A stretch of 64,000 bases of DNA from Podarcis muralis (lineage: Eukaryota): assembly GCF_964188315.1 (NCBI RefSeq), contig NC_135655.1, forward strand, positions 81,654,001-81,718,000. Reading direction: 5' to 3'. Each line of letters opens with the position of its first letter. The stretch's first letter is position 1. The notes under the pieces were generated by a model, which was given only the letters and a program-made list of their open reading frames with translations, made no database searches and had not been told where the DNA came from. Below, piece after piece: positions 26,017 to 39,152 of the stretch. The translations under genes were made by a program, and so were the position numbers.

Positions 26017-27451
26017 TAAAACCTTTTAATAGAATTCACGTGTTCACATTTCTGGGTATGGATTCAAACCTGTACCACTCGTCTCTTACTTTTGGCCCTA
26101 CATACAATCTCATATACAAATACTGAAGATCTGGGATTCTCCATTTCCACCATGCCTTTGGAAGATTGAGACAAATGGAGAAAAAGTAGCTTTACACTCC
26201 AAATCATCTAGTAGGCAGCAGAGTCAGGGATAAGCAACGTTAGGTTTCCTGATTCCATGTCTGTTACTGTAGCTATCAACTAATCCTCACTACTATTCAG
26301 TACACAGAAGTAATTTTTCCATTAACAACAAGTATGTGTCTCTGCGCCAACCAAATGCACACATTCCATTCTAGTAGTCTGGTGTATATGACAAGAGTGT
26401 GATTTACACGTGAACTACTATATGGGCTGCAATATATGCTGAATGGTTGATACAGGTTATCACCATGCAGAATTTTGTGTGTGTATGTCCAACGAGCAGC
26501 ATATAAAGGTCTTACCATAGCTCTGCAAATATATGCAACAAAGTCCTCTGACAGTCTGTCCTGCAACTGTTGCCAGATGCAGACAACTGCTGCATGACTG
26601 GTTTGGCTGTGGTCTGTAAGCCTTGAGGGCCGAAGCATTCACTTGACCTGATCTCTTGATCCTATGGAATTCACTATGGATGCTATAAATATCACCATGG
26701 GCCTCCAGCAGGAACTTTGGGTGGAATTGTTTTCACGTAACAACCAGAAGCTTTGTTGCGGAAAACAGGGTTGAAAGTACAGGGTAAAATACATGCTCTA
26801 CCCAGAGGAACTCAAAGCAAAAAGATAATAAGGGGCAGAATGGCAAACAGGTGCAGGTGTGGAAGGCTTATTTTCCAAAGCTATGAGTGCTGTCACTCAA
26901 GGCTGGGAGTCTCACCCCACTGCCTTAACCACATCCCATGCTAATCACACCACAAGACCTTGGAATTTGATTCATGTGAACACTAGGTTAAAAAAAAGTT
27001 GTAACCCAAGGCAAAACTGTCCCCCAGAACCAAAACCTTGCTATCCAATATGGATATGCCTATGGAGACCTCTGAAAGAGAACCAGCAAACAGCTCACCA
27101 GTAAAAATTAATGCAGATGTATTTATAACAAAGTGCCTAAGTGGTTTGGCTGGGAATTGTGCCATAAATGAATTGGAGAGGCCGACTGATAGTTTTGTGA
27201 CGTGGGCTGGTGGGAAAGGGTGCCCTCATCTTTCACCAACAGGTCATTCACCTACCAGTAGTGCTGAACCTTGCAACTAGAGATGAAGCAATTGGAATTT
27301 TTGGGAAATGACAACATGCTTCTGGAGCAAAGGGAGCAGAGAAGAGGCTTTCAAGTGAAAGAACTAGATAAGTGAGCTGCACCACAGATATAATCTCTCC
27401 TCTCTCATAAGTCTCCCACTCCCTACCCATAGAGGCTTTTATATTCTGCAC

Positions 27452-27590
27452 CAGGGGTAGGGGAGTTATGCCCTCTGGAAGTTGCTGGACTACAACTTCC
27501 ATCAATGCCAGCCAGCATGGCCAATGGTCAGGGATGATGGAAGTTGTAGTCCAGCAACTCCGGAGGGCATTGTGTTGGCTACACCTCTTC
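27452..27590. mobile_element. Palindromic hAT MITE, older copy
   Basis: CAGGGGTAGG start, inverted GACTACAACTTCCATCA arms, imperfect TSD TTCTGCAC/TTCTACAC. Confidence 0.7.
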
Positions 27591-29391
27591 TTCTACACAC
27601 AGGGATCTTTGCTGGATCCCGACTTTTTGTTGCAGTTAGTCTGCATGGTTTTCTTGGCTGCACAAATTCAGTGGTAGATAGCTGCAGTGATCTAACACAG
27701 AGAGTGTAGGCAAACCTCTCCTACAATGCAGTTCAGTTCAGGCTGTGTTATATTGGTTGAGGCCATTAAATATATATCTAATCACTGCACCTCTTTAAGA
27801 GGGGAACCATATGTTTGGCAGAGAGTGGTTGTATGTTTAATCATTGCTAACTTCTAAAAATAATAGAGACAAGAGCAACCCAAGGCATTAACAATCTGCA
27901 AAACCTTGGAAGACAAAAATACCAAACTTGGCTTCATATAAAAGTCAAAAAAAGTGTAAAAGCAAACATAAATGTAATTAACAAAATCAAGATGATCCAG
28001 AGAAATGAAATGGAAGTATGCATGACTTTGACAGAGACAATTTCTTAACTGAACTCAAGCATGTTTTCTAATAAATTAAGGTAAGTAGTTTACTGGGTGG
28101 ACGCCTCCAAGGATTCATAAGCGTGCAAGTTTTGTTGGAACTACAAGAAAATATTGCTGCAATGTGACCGAGCTCAGGAGCAAGGAAGCTGCTTGTGAAC
28201 GCAATACTACGTAAGACCAGCATGAAAGCATTTGAAACTGCCCATTTAGCCAAGAACTTTGCCCTTTTCACAAACAAACAAAACCAGCCTCTAGTATACA
28301 ATATAGAGGACAAATAGTTAAAGACCACTGAAACACGTCCCCAGAACTCTGATCAGCTTTCCCCCAAAGTTATATTGTTCTAAACAGAAAAGGTAACACA
28401 GGGGCCTTCTAGAGTTGTTCCCTGAGATTACATATATGGGTTGTACCATAAGGACAGCACATCACTTTTGAATAAGACAGTTTAAATTGTAGTTACTTCA
28501 TGTGACCCCAGAAGAAATACTTCATCATGGTTTTTGTTTGTTTTAAAAAAACAAGACCAGTTCGAGTTTATTACACCCAGCAACAGAATGGATTGAGTGA
28601 CACATGTAAGTAGAATGTATTTTAAAATGTTTTTAGAAGAGCACTGAAATCTAAAATTCTGACTAGGTGTAAAGATACAAAATCCAATGATGCTCACATG
28701 TCCAAACTTGAGTGTTAGGAACCAGTATACAGAGTGGAGGCAGTTTGTCAATTCACACTGATGCTTGAAAGCAGGTAATTGTGCCCGTCTGTGAAAGAAA
28801 GTTGGTGGGCTGCATCAATTTATGCACATTTAAGGCCTTAGTATTTGGTGGCAGAGCAATCTATCGTCTCTTCCAGTCTCTGCAGGATGCTCTGATTTTT
28901 CTCACACACTCAGGTGGTCCGATCTGAGTTTATGGAACGGTCACTCCAATACAACTGCCCCACACCAGGAAGCAAGGTTGTAATCCCAACCCTTGTTACC
29001 TGGGAGTAAGCCCCATTGAATTCAGTAGGACATACTTCTGAATAGACATGGTTAGGCTTGCACTGTAAGAGATCACCAGATCAGGGAGAAGTGTCCTTGA
29101 TTAATAATATCTTGGTTTCATGCTACTATAGCTCTTTTGTCATGTTTCAGGTTAAAGATAGTTATAGTGGATATATTTCCACCTAATTAAGCTTTGTTGA
29201 ACTGAATTGGTGACAATTAGTTGTAAGGCACTATGAGGAACCTGAGAGCACAATCCTGTACTTGAGTTAACATTGGCTGAAGGGCTTTACAGTTTTGCAG
29301 AAATCCCATTATACAGACAGAATGCTGCTGCCACGGCAGATCCTTGGGTGGGACTTGCCCAGTACAATGGCAAAGCCACATTAGCAAAGCT

Positions 29392-29589
29392 GGAGAAGAT
29401 ATGCCAGTGGAACAGCCAATATACAGCTTTGCATCCATAAGGTCCTAGATTCAATCCCCAGCATCTCCAAGTAGGACTAGGAGAGACTGCCTGAAACCCT
29501 GGAGAGATGCTGCAGGTCAGTGTAGGCAATACTGAGCCAGATGGACTGAGGGTCTGACTTAGCATATGGCAGCTTCCTCTCTTCCTATG
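29392..29589 (+). mobile_element. tRNA-derived SINE (Squam3-like)
   Basis: Same family as 17273 (CCTGAAACCCTGGAGAG...GGTCTGACTTAGCATATGGCAGCTTCC). Confidence 0.7.
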
Positions 29590-30393
29590 AGTCATGGGTG
29601 AGACATCAACAGCACAGAGGAGGAGCAAACATGCCGGACCCTATACCCCTTCACTCCACAGCTATGCCCCTGTTGACAGCGAAATTTTGCATCAGCCCTG
29701 GACAGGGCACATGAGATTTCCTTCCTACTGTCTTCAAGGGGGTGGGACATATGAAAAGATAGCTGGCCCTGCACGGACAGCTGGCCCACCCGCATCTCCA
29801 TGAGAGAGTACAGGATACCGTGTAACTCAGCACCCAGTCACAGCACACTCCAACCAGTAAAGCCTTAACAGATGGCAGAACAGCACACCCAAAGAACTCG
29901 CAAGAGAGAATCTTTAGTGAGAGGAAATTATGGAGAAAGAGCGCTTTGAACAAAGAAGTTCACTTTCACAACACACATGGGAATGTGAGCACATTGCTAG
30001 AGCTTCTCTGCCTTGAACCCTAACAGGCAGTGTTAGAAACCAAGATGTGAAAGCTAGGAGCTAAAGGGCACCTTAATCTTAGGTTATGGGTACAACAACG
30101 GAATGTCTAGGCACCTTTTAATAAGAATACAAGCTGAAAATGAATGAACTGCAGCTAAAATCTTATGTTCATTTTTCACATGGTCTAGTCCTTCCCCTGC
30201 CCACCCCCCTAATATTCTTAAGAGGGTCTCTTCTCCAGTCTTCAGAGAGTAGCTGGAAGTGGGGAGGCAGAAAAAGGTCCTCCTTTCCTTCCACTCTGCA
30301 GTTTTAATCTGAAATCTTAGGCAGAGTACTTCGTCCAGAGCTCAGAAACTGCTCATACAAATGAAATTCCCTGTCGCAAAATGCACCTAGATT

Positions 30394-31083
30394 CATGGGT
30401 AGGCAAACTAAGGCCCGGGGGCTGGATCTGGCCCAATTGCCTTCTAAATCCAGCCCACAGATGCTCCAGGAATCAGTGTGTTTTTACATGAGTAGAATTT
30501 GCACTCTTATTTAAAATGCATCTCTGGGTTATTTGTGGGGCATAGGGATTCGTTCATTATTATTTTTTCAAAATATAGTCTGGCCCCCCACAAGGTCAAA
30601 GGTTAAATGGTCAAAGGCCTGGAAACGATGCCTTATGAGGAACGGCTAAGGGAGCTGGGCATGTTTAGCCTGGAGAAGAGGAGGTTAAGGGGTGATATGA
30701 TAGCCATGTTCAAATATATAAAAGGATGTCATATAGAGGAGGGAGAAAGGTTGTTTTCTGCTGCTCCAGAGAAGCGGACACGGAGCAATGGATCCAAACT
30801 ACAAGAAAGAAGATTCCACCTAAACATTAGGAAGAACTTCCTGACAGTAAGAGCTGTTCGACAGTGGAATTTGCTGCCAAGGAGTGTGGTGGAGTCTCCT
30901 TCTTTGGAGGTCTTTAAGCAGAGGCTTGACAACCATATGTCAGGAGTGCTCTGATGGTGTTTCCTGCTTGGCAGGGGGTTGGACTCGATGGCCCTTGTGG
31001 TCTCTTCCAACTCTATGATTCTATGATTCTAAGGTCTGAGGGACAGTGGACCAGCCCCTGCTGAAAAAGTTTACTGACCCCTG
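30394..31083. mobile_element. Non-autonomous hAT element interrupted by a nested CR1 insertion
   Basis: CATGGGTAGGCAAAC start and ...TTTACTGACCCCTG end with CCTAGA-core flanks. The internal sequence resumes after the CR1 at the duplicated AAGGTC. Confidence 0.7.
30605..31030 (+). mobile_element. Young CR1 LINE 3' fragment (RT C-terminus plus tail)
   Basis: [33 protein letters not shown]...; (ATTCTATG)n tail. Confidence 0.95.
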
Positions 31084-31786
31084 GCCTAGAACAATGGGAG
31101 TTTCAAACACTGCTAAGAGGTACCTCGCCTTGAAGCTCCCACCCTACTCCAATTCCAACTACTTAGAAATGTAGTATCTTAGTACTCTATATATGCTATC
31201 AGAACATGAAATCTAATGGAGAACAAAGCTTTCCAAACAGGCTATGTAAAAAAAATGCTGCCTTCACCCCTGAAAATGTCAGATTGTTGGCATAAAGATG
31301 CTTACAGTATTATGTTATTGTTTCTAGATAAGGTTACTACCTACTGAAATAAAAATGCTAGTCCCTGGGCAGCCCCAGTGTTTTCCAGGACTCAGCAGTT
31401 ACCAGGGAGTATCTATTCACCCAAGATGCACAGCTCCAGAAACAAGCAAACTGAGGGGGGGGGGGAACCCTGAAGTTTCCTGGTTTTTCTGACAATTATT
31501 TGAAGCAAAATAAAAATTGGCCAAGTCAGTTCCTCTTCTCTCCCCTACCCCATTGGGCTGGCAACCAAATTTGTATACAGTCTAGTCTTGCTAGCAATAC
31601 TTATTTAGCAAATTTCTTACTCTCTCAACTTTAATTCTCACTTTATGCAAAAACATGATCCTCAGGGTCCCTTCCAACTCTGATTCTATCCCTTTCTCTG
31701 TTTAAATTGCAAACCCCTTCGGGAAGCTGCTGCTTTATTATGTATGAACTAACTCTGCATTAATGATGGCTGTGTACCACCTAGTT

Positions 31787-31922
31787 CCGGCTTCCTCAAC
31801 CTTGGCCCTCCAGATGTTTTGAGACTACAATTCCCATCATCCCTGACCACTGGTCTTGCTAGCTAGGGATCATGGGAGTTGTAGACCAAAAACATCTGGA
31901 GGGCTGAGGTTGAGAAAGCCTG
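31787..31922. mobile_element. Palindromic hAT MITE (136 bp)
   Basis: Inverted arms and exact 8-bp TSD ACCTAGTT (31779-31786, 31923-31930). Related to 5715-5849. Confidence 0.9.
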
Positions 31923-32350
31923 ACCTAGTTTAAAGGAACTGTAATGATGGGAACTGCAGGTCTGACAATACGGTTTAACATTGGCAGCATAACATAAACA
32001 TATACCTTGGTCAAACTGCACCCAAAGCAAGGATGAATTGCTTAGGTCAGGGATAACTCACACAAATATTTCTTAGGTCTTTTTCTCAATCTGTACAACA
32101 TATATCTATTGTCTGCACTGATTGAGCTAGTCCACTGCCAACATACCAGCCATTTGAAATTGCCTTTATCCACGCTGTGAGTAGATGCTTCTGCCACAGA
32201 TGTGCATAAAACCCAGCAGCCTCTGCTAAAGCTGAAAAATAAACCGCAGCAAATAACCTTGCATGTTTCCCCTTAAAAGGGAAACTTTATTCCCCAGGAG
32301 GCAACAGCGCTGTCCTAATGAACATCACTTTCCCCCGGAAAATGCAAACA

Positions 32351-32538
32351 GGAACATAGGGAGCTGATTTATATCGGATCAGTCTATGGGTCCATCTAGC
32401 TCAATATTGTCTACCCTGACTGGCAGTGGCTTTCCAGGGTTGCAGACAGGGATATTCCCAGCCATGCCTGGAAATGCTGGGGGTTGAATCTGGGACCTTC
32501 TGCACGCAAAGCAGATCCTCTACTACAGAGCTATGCCC
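32351..32538 (-). mobile_element. tRNA-derived SINE (Squam3-like)
   Basis: Reverse complement reads GGGCATAGCTCTGTAGTAGAG...CTGCTTTGCGTGCAGAAGGTCCCAGATTCAA. Confidence 0.75.
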
Positions 32539-32979
32539 ATTACATGTGCTTGGTTTTTGCATAGGCTTGGATCTCCAGTGGGCAAAAATGTAGACAACGC
32601 AGGCTAAAGAGTCACTGGGCTGGAGAAGTCCTCTAGATATTGGGTGCTTGAGGTCTTTAGAATCCCTCTTTTACAGACATCCTAGGCAGCCTTCCTCCTC
32701 AGACTTGCTGGTTGCTGAGCTACAAAAGTGTGGCCAATGAGGACATGCAAGATCCTCTCAACTCAAACCCCAATGTGCATATGTCCTAGTTTGGGGGGGG
32801 GCGGGAATCCAAATATGAACTGAGGAGAACACAGAACTTTTTGTACACGTGATACAGGGTCCCCGCCCCCCAAAAAGTACACTCAAAGCACCTTTTGCAT
32901 TTCCTGTAAAACATCCATAACCATGGTGGCTGGAATTGTGGTGTCTTCATAAAACCCTCCCAGCTTTTTCTACCCTGCA

Positions 32980-34010
32980 TTCACATTCACAAAGGAGCGC
33001 AAGCCCTGAGAGGAAAAAGGAGGTCCGAGGTACCTTCGTGTCACATTTGGGGGGGACGGACGGGCCAGGGAGAAGGGGTGCCTGCAGCCCGGGACTACTC
33101 TTGGAGACCTGAAAAAGCTGGCGGGGGGGTCGCTCTTCCGGACTCTCTGATTCCCATGGGACCCCTCTTTCCTGGGCCCAGGACACGGGAGAGAGTGGTC
33201 CCCCGAGGCATTTTGGGGGACTCTCGCCTCCTGCTTTTTTCACCAGCCGGAGAAAGCCTGTCCCCCGCCCTGCCCTCCTTCACGCCACTCCCGGAGAAGC
33301 CTCGCCAAAGGGCGCTTGAGTGGAACTGGCGGGGGGCTGGAAGGACGGGGGCGGGGAAGGCAGGTTAAAGACTCGGAAGGTCGCCGCCCTCCGTTCCCCG
33401 GGGGTCTCTAGCAGCACTCCGGGCGGGGCCCCGTCCAGCCTTCGCCCCTCTCCACAGAGCCGCCACACGAAAACACCCCCGAGCCCCCGCGCTTCAGACT
33501 CGGAGCTTGTGCGAGGGGCGCCGGAGGAGGGGAGGGGGCCCCCCTCGCGAGCCCTTGGACGCCTTTACCCTTTCAGCAGCTCTCGGGCTTCTCCTCGTCT
33601 CTCGCCTCCCCCAGTGGCAGAGGTGGAAACTTGCGGGGAGTTTCCTCCCCCTTTCCCCCGGGCATGGAAGTGGAAGGCGCTCAAAGCAGCAGCTCCCGCT
33701 TCTCCTCTCCGCATTCCCTTCCGTCCATCTTGAATACTTGAGATTCTTGAATGGAGCGTGTGGGGGATCCGCGCCGTGCGGCTCCCATTGGCTGCCCGTT
33801 AACCCTTTGGAGAGGGGCTTCGCCTTCTCATTGGACGCGGTCCCGTCCCCCCCCCCCGCCCACGCGCCACCGCCCCCCACCCCTCGCGCCCCCCCCCCCC
33901 GCAAATAGGGATTCTGCTACAACCTTTCGATCTGTTGTTGCAGCTTGTTTGTTTCGGTGGTCGGTGCGTCAAAGTTCGTTCAGAAGCAGAGGCGCCCGAG
34001 GGGATCGTTG
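32980..34010 (-). promoter_or_regulatory. Orphan CpG island, probable promoter of the miR-130a host transcript
   Basis: CpG island with no adjacent CDS. Two minus-oriented CCAAT boxes (33787-33791, 33830-33834) and several SP/KLF GC boxes. Lies about 9 kb upstream of the minus-strand hairpin. Confidence 0.65.
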
Positions 34011-34270
34011 TTAGAACAGCAAAAACAACAACAACAACTACAGTACTACTACTACAACTGCAACAAAGATAACAACTACAACAACAGTACCCTGCCCATT
34101 TGACTGGCTTGCCCATTTGACTATACTGTATAACTAAGTTGTATAGTTACTCATCTCCACTTCAGAGAAGGCCCTCTGCATGGCTCCCTGTAACTTCACT
34201 TCTCGCAGTGAGGGAACTGCCAAAAAGCCATCAGAGCTAGATCTCAGTGTCTGGGCTGAACGATGGGGGT

Positions 34271-34459
34271 CAGGGGTGCCAACTTGAATGAAAGGGGAGG
34301 GGCAGGTAAACCCCTCCCCCCATGATCGATTACAAGAAGCAGTGCACACACACACACCATTTGAATGGCAATGCCCTTCAACTTGGGGGGCAGCCCCCAC
34401 AAATATTTTATTGGGGGGGGGGGCGAAGGGACTTTGGCTCCTAGGAGTTGGCTCCAATG
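34271..34459. mobile_element. Non-autonomous DNA transposon (unclassified); same family in opposite orientation at 54770-54944
   Basis: CAGGGGTGCCAACT...AGTTGGCTCCAATG termini. Internal CCATTTGAATGG and GATCGATTA are shared between the copies. Confidence 0.6.
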
Positions 34460-35406
34460 ACGGGGGTGGAGACACACAGAAGCAGTGAAATGGGGCGTCT
34501 TGCCTAGTTTACATGAGATGGGAATGTGGAAGCAGGAACCCCCTCTTCCCTTGGCTCCTGGTACCAAGAAGGTGGGTGGGTGGGGTGCGGTGAAAGCAGG
34601 AGCTACTGTCTGAAAAGGGTCGTGAAAATGTTGGCCCTTGAATGCTTCATTTTGGCTCTGCATCCGCAGCAAAATGCCCTGGTCTGCAACAGCTCTCAGC
34701 GCTGGCATGCAGCTTATGTTCACTTTTGGGGGCATTTTTGTGCTGCCGTTCTGCCTTCCCTGGATGGTGACAACCCAGCAGATGGTGCTAGTGCCAACAG
34801 ACATGTCAGTTTTGTTCTGACAATGGCCCAGTTTCAAAGCTGCATTTACACCTGTGGAGGAAAAATTGCCCCTACATCCTTTCCCCTGAAGCTTTGAGAT
34901 CACATGGGTGGAAGCAACTTTCAGCAAGGTAGCTGGGATGGTGAGTCCTGTCCTCCAGCAACAACTGGAAGGCTACAGGTGAGTCACCCCTGGTATCCAA
35001 GAACACACATCGTCTCTTAAGAGAACCAGGGAACTCCCCACAATGCATAGTTTTGCCCTTAGGCACTTTTATCAAATCCTTCACCCCAAGTGACCACAAA
35101 TTAAAGGAATGCAGAGGAAACAAGTTGCAGACAGAACACAGGTGAGAAAGTCCTCACAGCCTGTGTTGACATCTTGTGTATCTCCATTAGTAGGGCATTT
35201 CCTAAGAAAGGCAGTACTCTCGACATAACAATTGGGACATTTTGTATTCACTTACACCCTGCACATCTGTGAGACAAAGACTGTTCAGGTTTTCTGAATA
35301 AGTACCTATTTTCTACATTTATTTGCATATATTCCCAAAGCATCTTCATTATTTTTTTCATTGAAGTATGTCGGTTTGTACATCCATTGTTTTTATTTAT
35401 GGATAC

Positions 35407-35468
35407 GGTAAAGGTAAAGGACCCCTGGACGGTTAAGTCCAGTCAAAGGCGACTATGGGGTTGCGGCC
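35407..35468 (-). mobile_element. Sauria SINE 3' fragment
   Basis: GGTAAAGGTAAAGGACCCCTGGACGGTTAAGTCCAGTC. Confidence 0.8.
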
Positions 35469-35514
35469 ACCCGCTTCTTTTATAACAGGAAGTTACACCA
35501 GCCAGTCATGGGCA

Positions 35515-35872
35515 CTGTTAAAGAATGGTTTGGGTGGCAAATCTAAAAAAATGTAGTATGAACACCGGCAACTGGGAAACATTGGCCTGCAAGCACTCCA
35601 ATTGGAGAACAGCCTTGACCAAAGGTGTCAAAGGTTTTGAAGACGCTTCAAAGGTTTTGAAGACGCTCAAACTCAGGACAAAAGGGAGAAACACGCTAAG
35701 AGGAAGGCACGCTGGGCAAACCCTCACCATGATCAACTCCCGCCCGGAAACCTATGTCCCCACTGTGGTTAGACTTGTGGATCCAGAATTGGCCTCTACA
35801 GTCACTTACAGACTCACTTTAAAAACTGTGTTTATGGAAGACAATCTTACTGGCTACGAGTGATTGCCAAAG
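35515..35872 (+). mobile_element. RTE-clade LINE 3' fragment with decayed C-terminal C2H2 zinc finger
   Basis: From 35755: CPHCG*TCGSRIGLYSHLQTH. Upstream ...WETLACKHSNWRTAL...; contains a frameshift and a stop. Confidence 0.7.
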
Positions 35873-35910
35873 CCTCAGGTCTTTTGTGCTGACTCCCAAG
35901 AACTCCTGTC

Positions 35911-36336
35911 AAGATGATCAAGGGTCTGGAAACCAAGCCTTATGAGGTACAGTTGAGAGAATTTGGTATGTGTAGCCTGGAAAAGAGGACACTGAGAGGA
36001 GATATGACAGTCACCGTCAGATATCTAAAGGGCTGTTACAGTACATGAGTGATGGAGCAAGTTTGTTTTCTCCTGCTCAGGAGGGTAGGACCTGTAGCAA
36101 CGGCTTCAAGTTACAAGCAAGGAGATTCCAACTAAATATCAGGAAGAACTTTCTGGTGGTAAGCACTGTTCATCCCTCAGGAGGTGGTGGACTCTCCTTC
36201 CTTGGAGGTTTTTAAGCAGAGGTTGGATGGCTATCTGTCATGGATGTTTCAGTTGAAAGTCCTACATTGCAGGGGGTTAGAATAATAGAATCTTAGAGTT
36301 GGAAGGGACCCAAGGGTCTTCTAGTCCAACCCGCAA
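35911..36336 (+). mobile_element. Older CR1 3' fragment with an inverted 3'-tail segment (36281-36336)
   Basis: AAGATGATCAAGGGTCTGGAAACCAAGCCTTATGAGG...; the tail ...CCCTTCCAACTCTAAGATTCTA is present in reverse orientation. Confidence 0.8.
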
Positions 36337-39052
36337 CATTTGACTCAAATGGTCAAAATGATGAAGAATGGGAACACCAATGATAAAACTTGGAGACTTA
36401 TATATTCAACATCACAAGGGTATAGAAGAGGCTTCTGGACACCCTCAGAATATCACTATAGTGCTTTGAGGGAAAATAATTTCCTGCTTGCAGATGCTGG
36501 GAAAACCAAACATTAGATTTCCCACAAATACCTCCCACAGGCAAATACGTACAAGCAGAATTTCTCACGCACAATCCTGTTTGATTACGGTGAGAGCAGC
36601 CCCAAGCAATGCTTTTTACATCATTTCCCGTTAGAGAAGGAAACACAGGAAAGCTTCCACTGGGATTCAGGGAAGGCTCTTCACAGAACCATGAAATAGC
36701 AGGAGATTATGGGACTTTTAACACAGTTATTTGTACTGGAGGCTATCGTTGCACACGGCTTGCATAGGAAAGGTCCTCAGGTAGAAATAAAGAAAAGTGA
36801 GCAGGGTGTGTTGCATAAAGAACAGCAATAATTTTTAAAAAGTTAGGAACTTTTCAAGACAGGTTGAGATACTTGAAATCAGCATCAAGATCAGAGAAGA
36901 CATTCAATACTTTAAAAGCTACAGATTATTATTATTTGAATTTATATACCGCCCTATACCCGGAGGTCTCAGGGCAGTAAATTCCTCAGATTTGTCTCAA
37001 ACATGGGGGGGGGGGCAGTTTAGACAATGTTGCCAAACATTTTGTGCTTACCAGTCTTGCCTGTTGTTCACAGTTAACTGACACAGAAGTCTGAAGATTG
37101 CCATTGACCAGCTCCACCTGTCCCTTCATGGTCTCCCAGTGATAGGCAAGGATTGTGAAGTGTATCCTTTGTAGGTTGTCAGTATAGGAACAATCCTAGC
37201 CCACTGTTGTACTAATATAAACATACAACAACGTAGAAGGTAACTGATGGAAGGAGAGATGGGAAACTGAGACTTCCCTGTAAGAATTCGCTTTCTTTGT
37301 TTAGATAGGGGCTGAGATAAAGGGTCGAGTGTTCCAACATTAGGGGTGTTTCCAGACAGGAGCTTTATTTGGAAATGGATCAATGAAATATTGCAAATGG
37401 ATAATTGACAACAGGTTTTTGTTTTGCTTTAACTTACTGGAATTCTCCTAGAAATAGTAAATCTTTATTAAATGGGTTGTGGGGATATGGAATACAGGCA
37501 GGCAGTTTGGTACCGAAAACATTGTATGGATGCTGCATGCAGGAAGAGCATTGGCCCCACAATAAACACCTGCTAGAAGCCTCCAATGTGTTTTGTGTGG
37601 AATTGCCACCACTTCATTCACTCGTTTTTTTATGGGGCATCCACACAGATGAAGCTATCATCCAGTCATTGTCATGCTGCATTTCCCCCCGTGATTTTTC
37701 TGTCTTCTATTTTCAGGGAAGGATTTAAGCATACACCTGGAAATTTAGATTTGCGCAATTAAATTGGATTAAACTCAAGTGCAACAAATTCAGATTTCAT
37801 AAGAAACAGACTTTTGTGGTTTGGAAAGGGGCAAATACACTGGAAAATGTGAAATGAATGACTAACAAGGAATACATGCTGTATATATGCCCCACAAGCA
37901 AATCGGGATGAATGTTTGTGGTTGTATAATTTCTCTGCAAAGAAAACAGATGCTTAATAAAGACTGGATATAATCTAACATCTGCAAATCATGACAAAAG
38001 TTTGAATAAATACGTCATCTGGAGCAGCCCTCAGGCCACAGGAAGTTCAATCTAGTCTCCACAGGTGTAGATGCTCTTAACACTCATTACTTCTCCATCT
38101 GTATAAAAGGTGGGCTTTTCATGTGGGCAGCAGCTATTGGACCTATCACAACTCGGCAACCATTTACTGTAACCTTTGGGGTGGGTTCCATTTAATCACC
38201 CTATTTTTAAATCAGCCTTTAGCACTAAGCATATATATAAATATGAATATGAAGGTGAATGAGTTTGGGGTATTAGGCTGTATGCTGATACACTTCTAAT
38301 CCCTGGATCCAGCAAGTGTTTGATGATGCATGCTCTAGTCCTCTTCAGCGCACCTTTGCAAGAGCTTCAGAATGTTGCAATTGTGCACAGGAGACTTTAG
38401 CTGTTCACACAAATGTGAACATTTTGAAATAACTTGGAGACTTTGGAAGAAATGCCCAAAGGATGTCTTATCCTGGAAGAAATGTGGTGCCATCAATTAC
38501 TCTCAGTAATTGGATGCTAGTCAGTCACACCCTTTCTTTAAGAACTTCCCAGAGGAATTCAGCGCTTCTTTTGTGTTTCCCAGTATTGCTCCATCCCATA
38601 AAGTGACATAAAGTTACTGGAGCACCAATAACCTACAGTCGTCATTTCACATTTCCACATCCGTAGCTTTTGATTTATGAATCCACCATTTCCTCTGCTT
38701 CCTGGGGGCATCTCTCAGATTTTTAGCTTATTCACTTTGCCTGTCATCTCTTATACAACATCTCCACAGACGTCTGGCTCACGACATCATGCCCACAGCT
38801 GTTGCACATCTTAGAAGATCTAATTTGCATTTTGAAATTTTAAGAAATCTCTTCCTCCTAAGAGAGCCCTTCCTTTATACTGGTCCCCCCCCCCCCCGTG
38901 CTTAGACCTTTCCACAAGTAACTTTTTCACTTGTGCTTTAGTGTTTACTGTTTATTTACCTTTGGCCAGCAGTTAAGTTTTCACAATTGTCTGAAAAGTG
39001 AAAGCTTTTGTGTGTATGGTTGCTACATGTTAAGTTTTATAATAAACTAAGC

Positions 39053-39152
39053 TGTACACCGGCTCCCTCGGCCAATAAAGCGAGATGAGCGCCACAACCC
39101 CAGAGTCGGTCATGACTGGACCGAATGGTCAGGGGTCCCTTTACCTTTACCT
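39053..39152 (+). mobile_element. 5'-truncated Sauria SINE
   Basis: GGCTCCCTCGGCCAATAAAGCGAGATGAGCGCC...GGGGTCCCTTTACCTTTACCT. Confidence 0.85.

Noticed and set aside
24950-33000. Search for a clustered miR-301/454 paralogue next to miR-130a
   Set aside because: No second arm pair found. The TTGCACTG near 29059 lies in repeat-like context.
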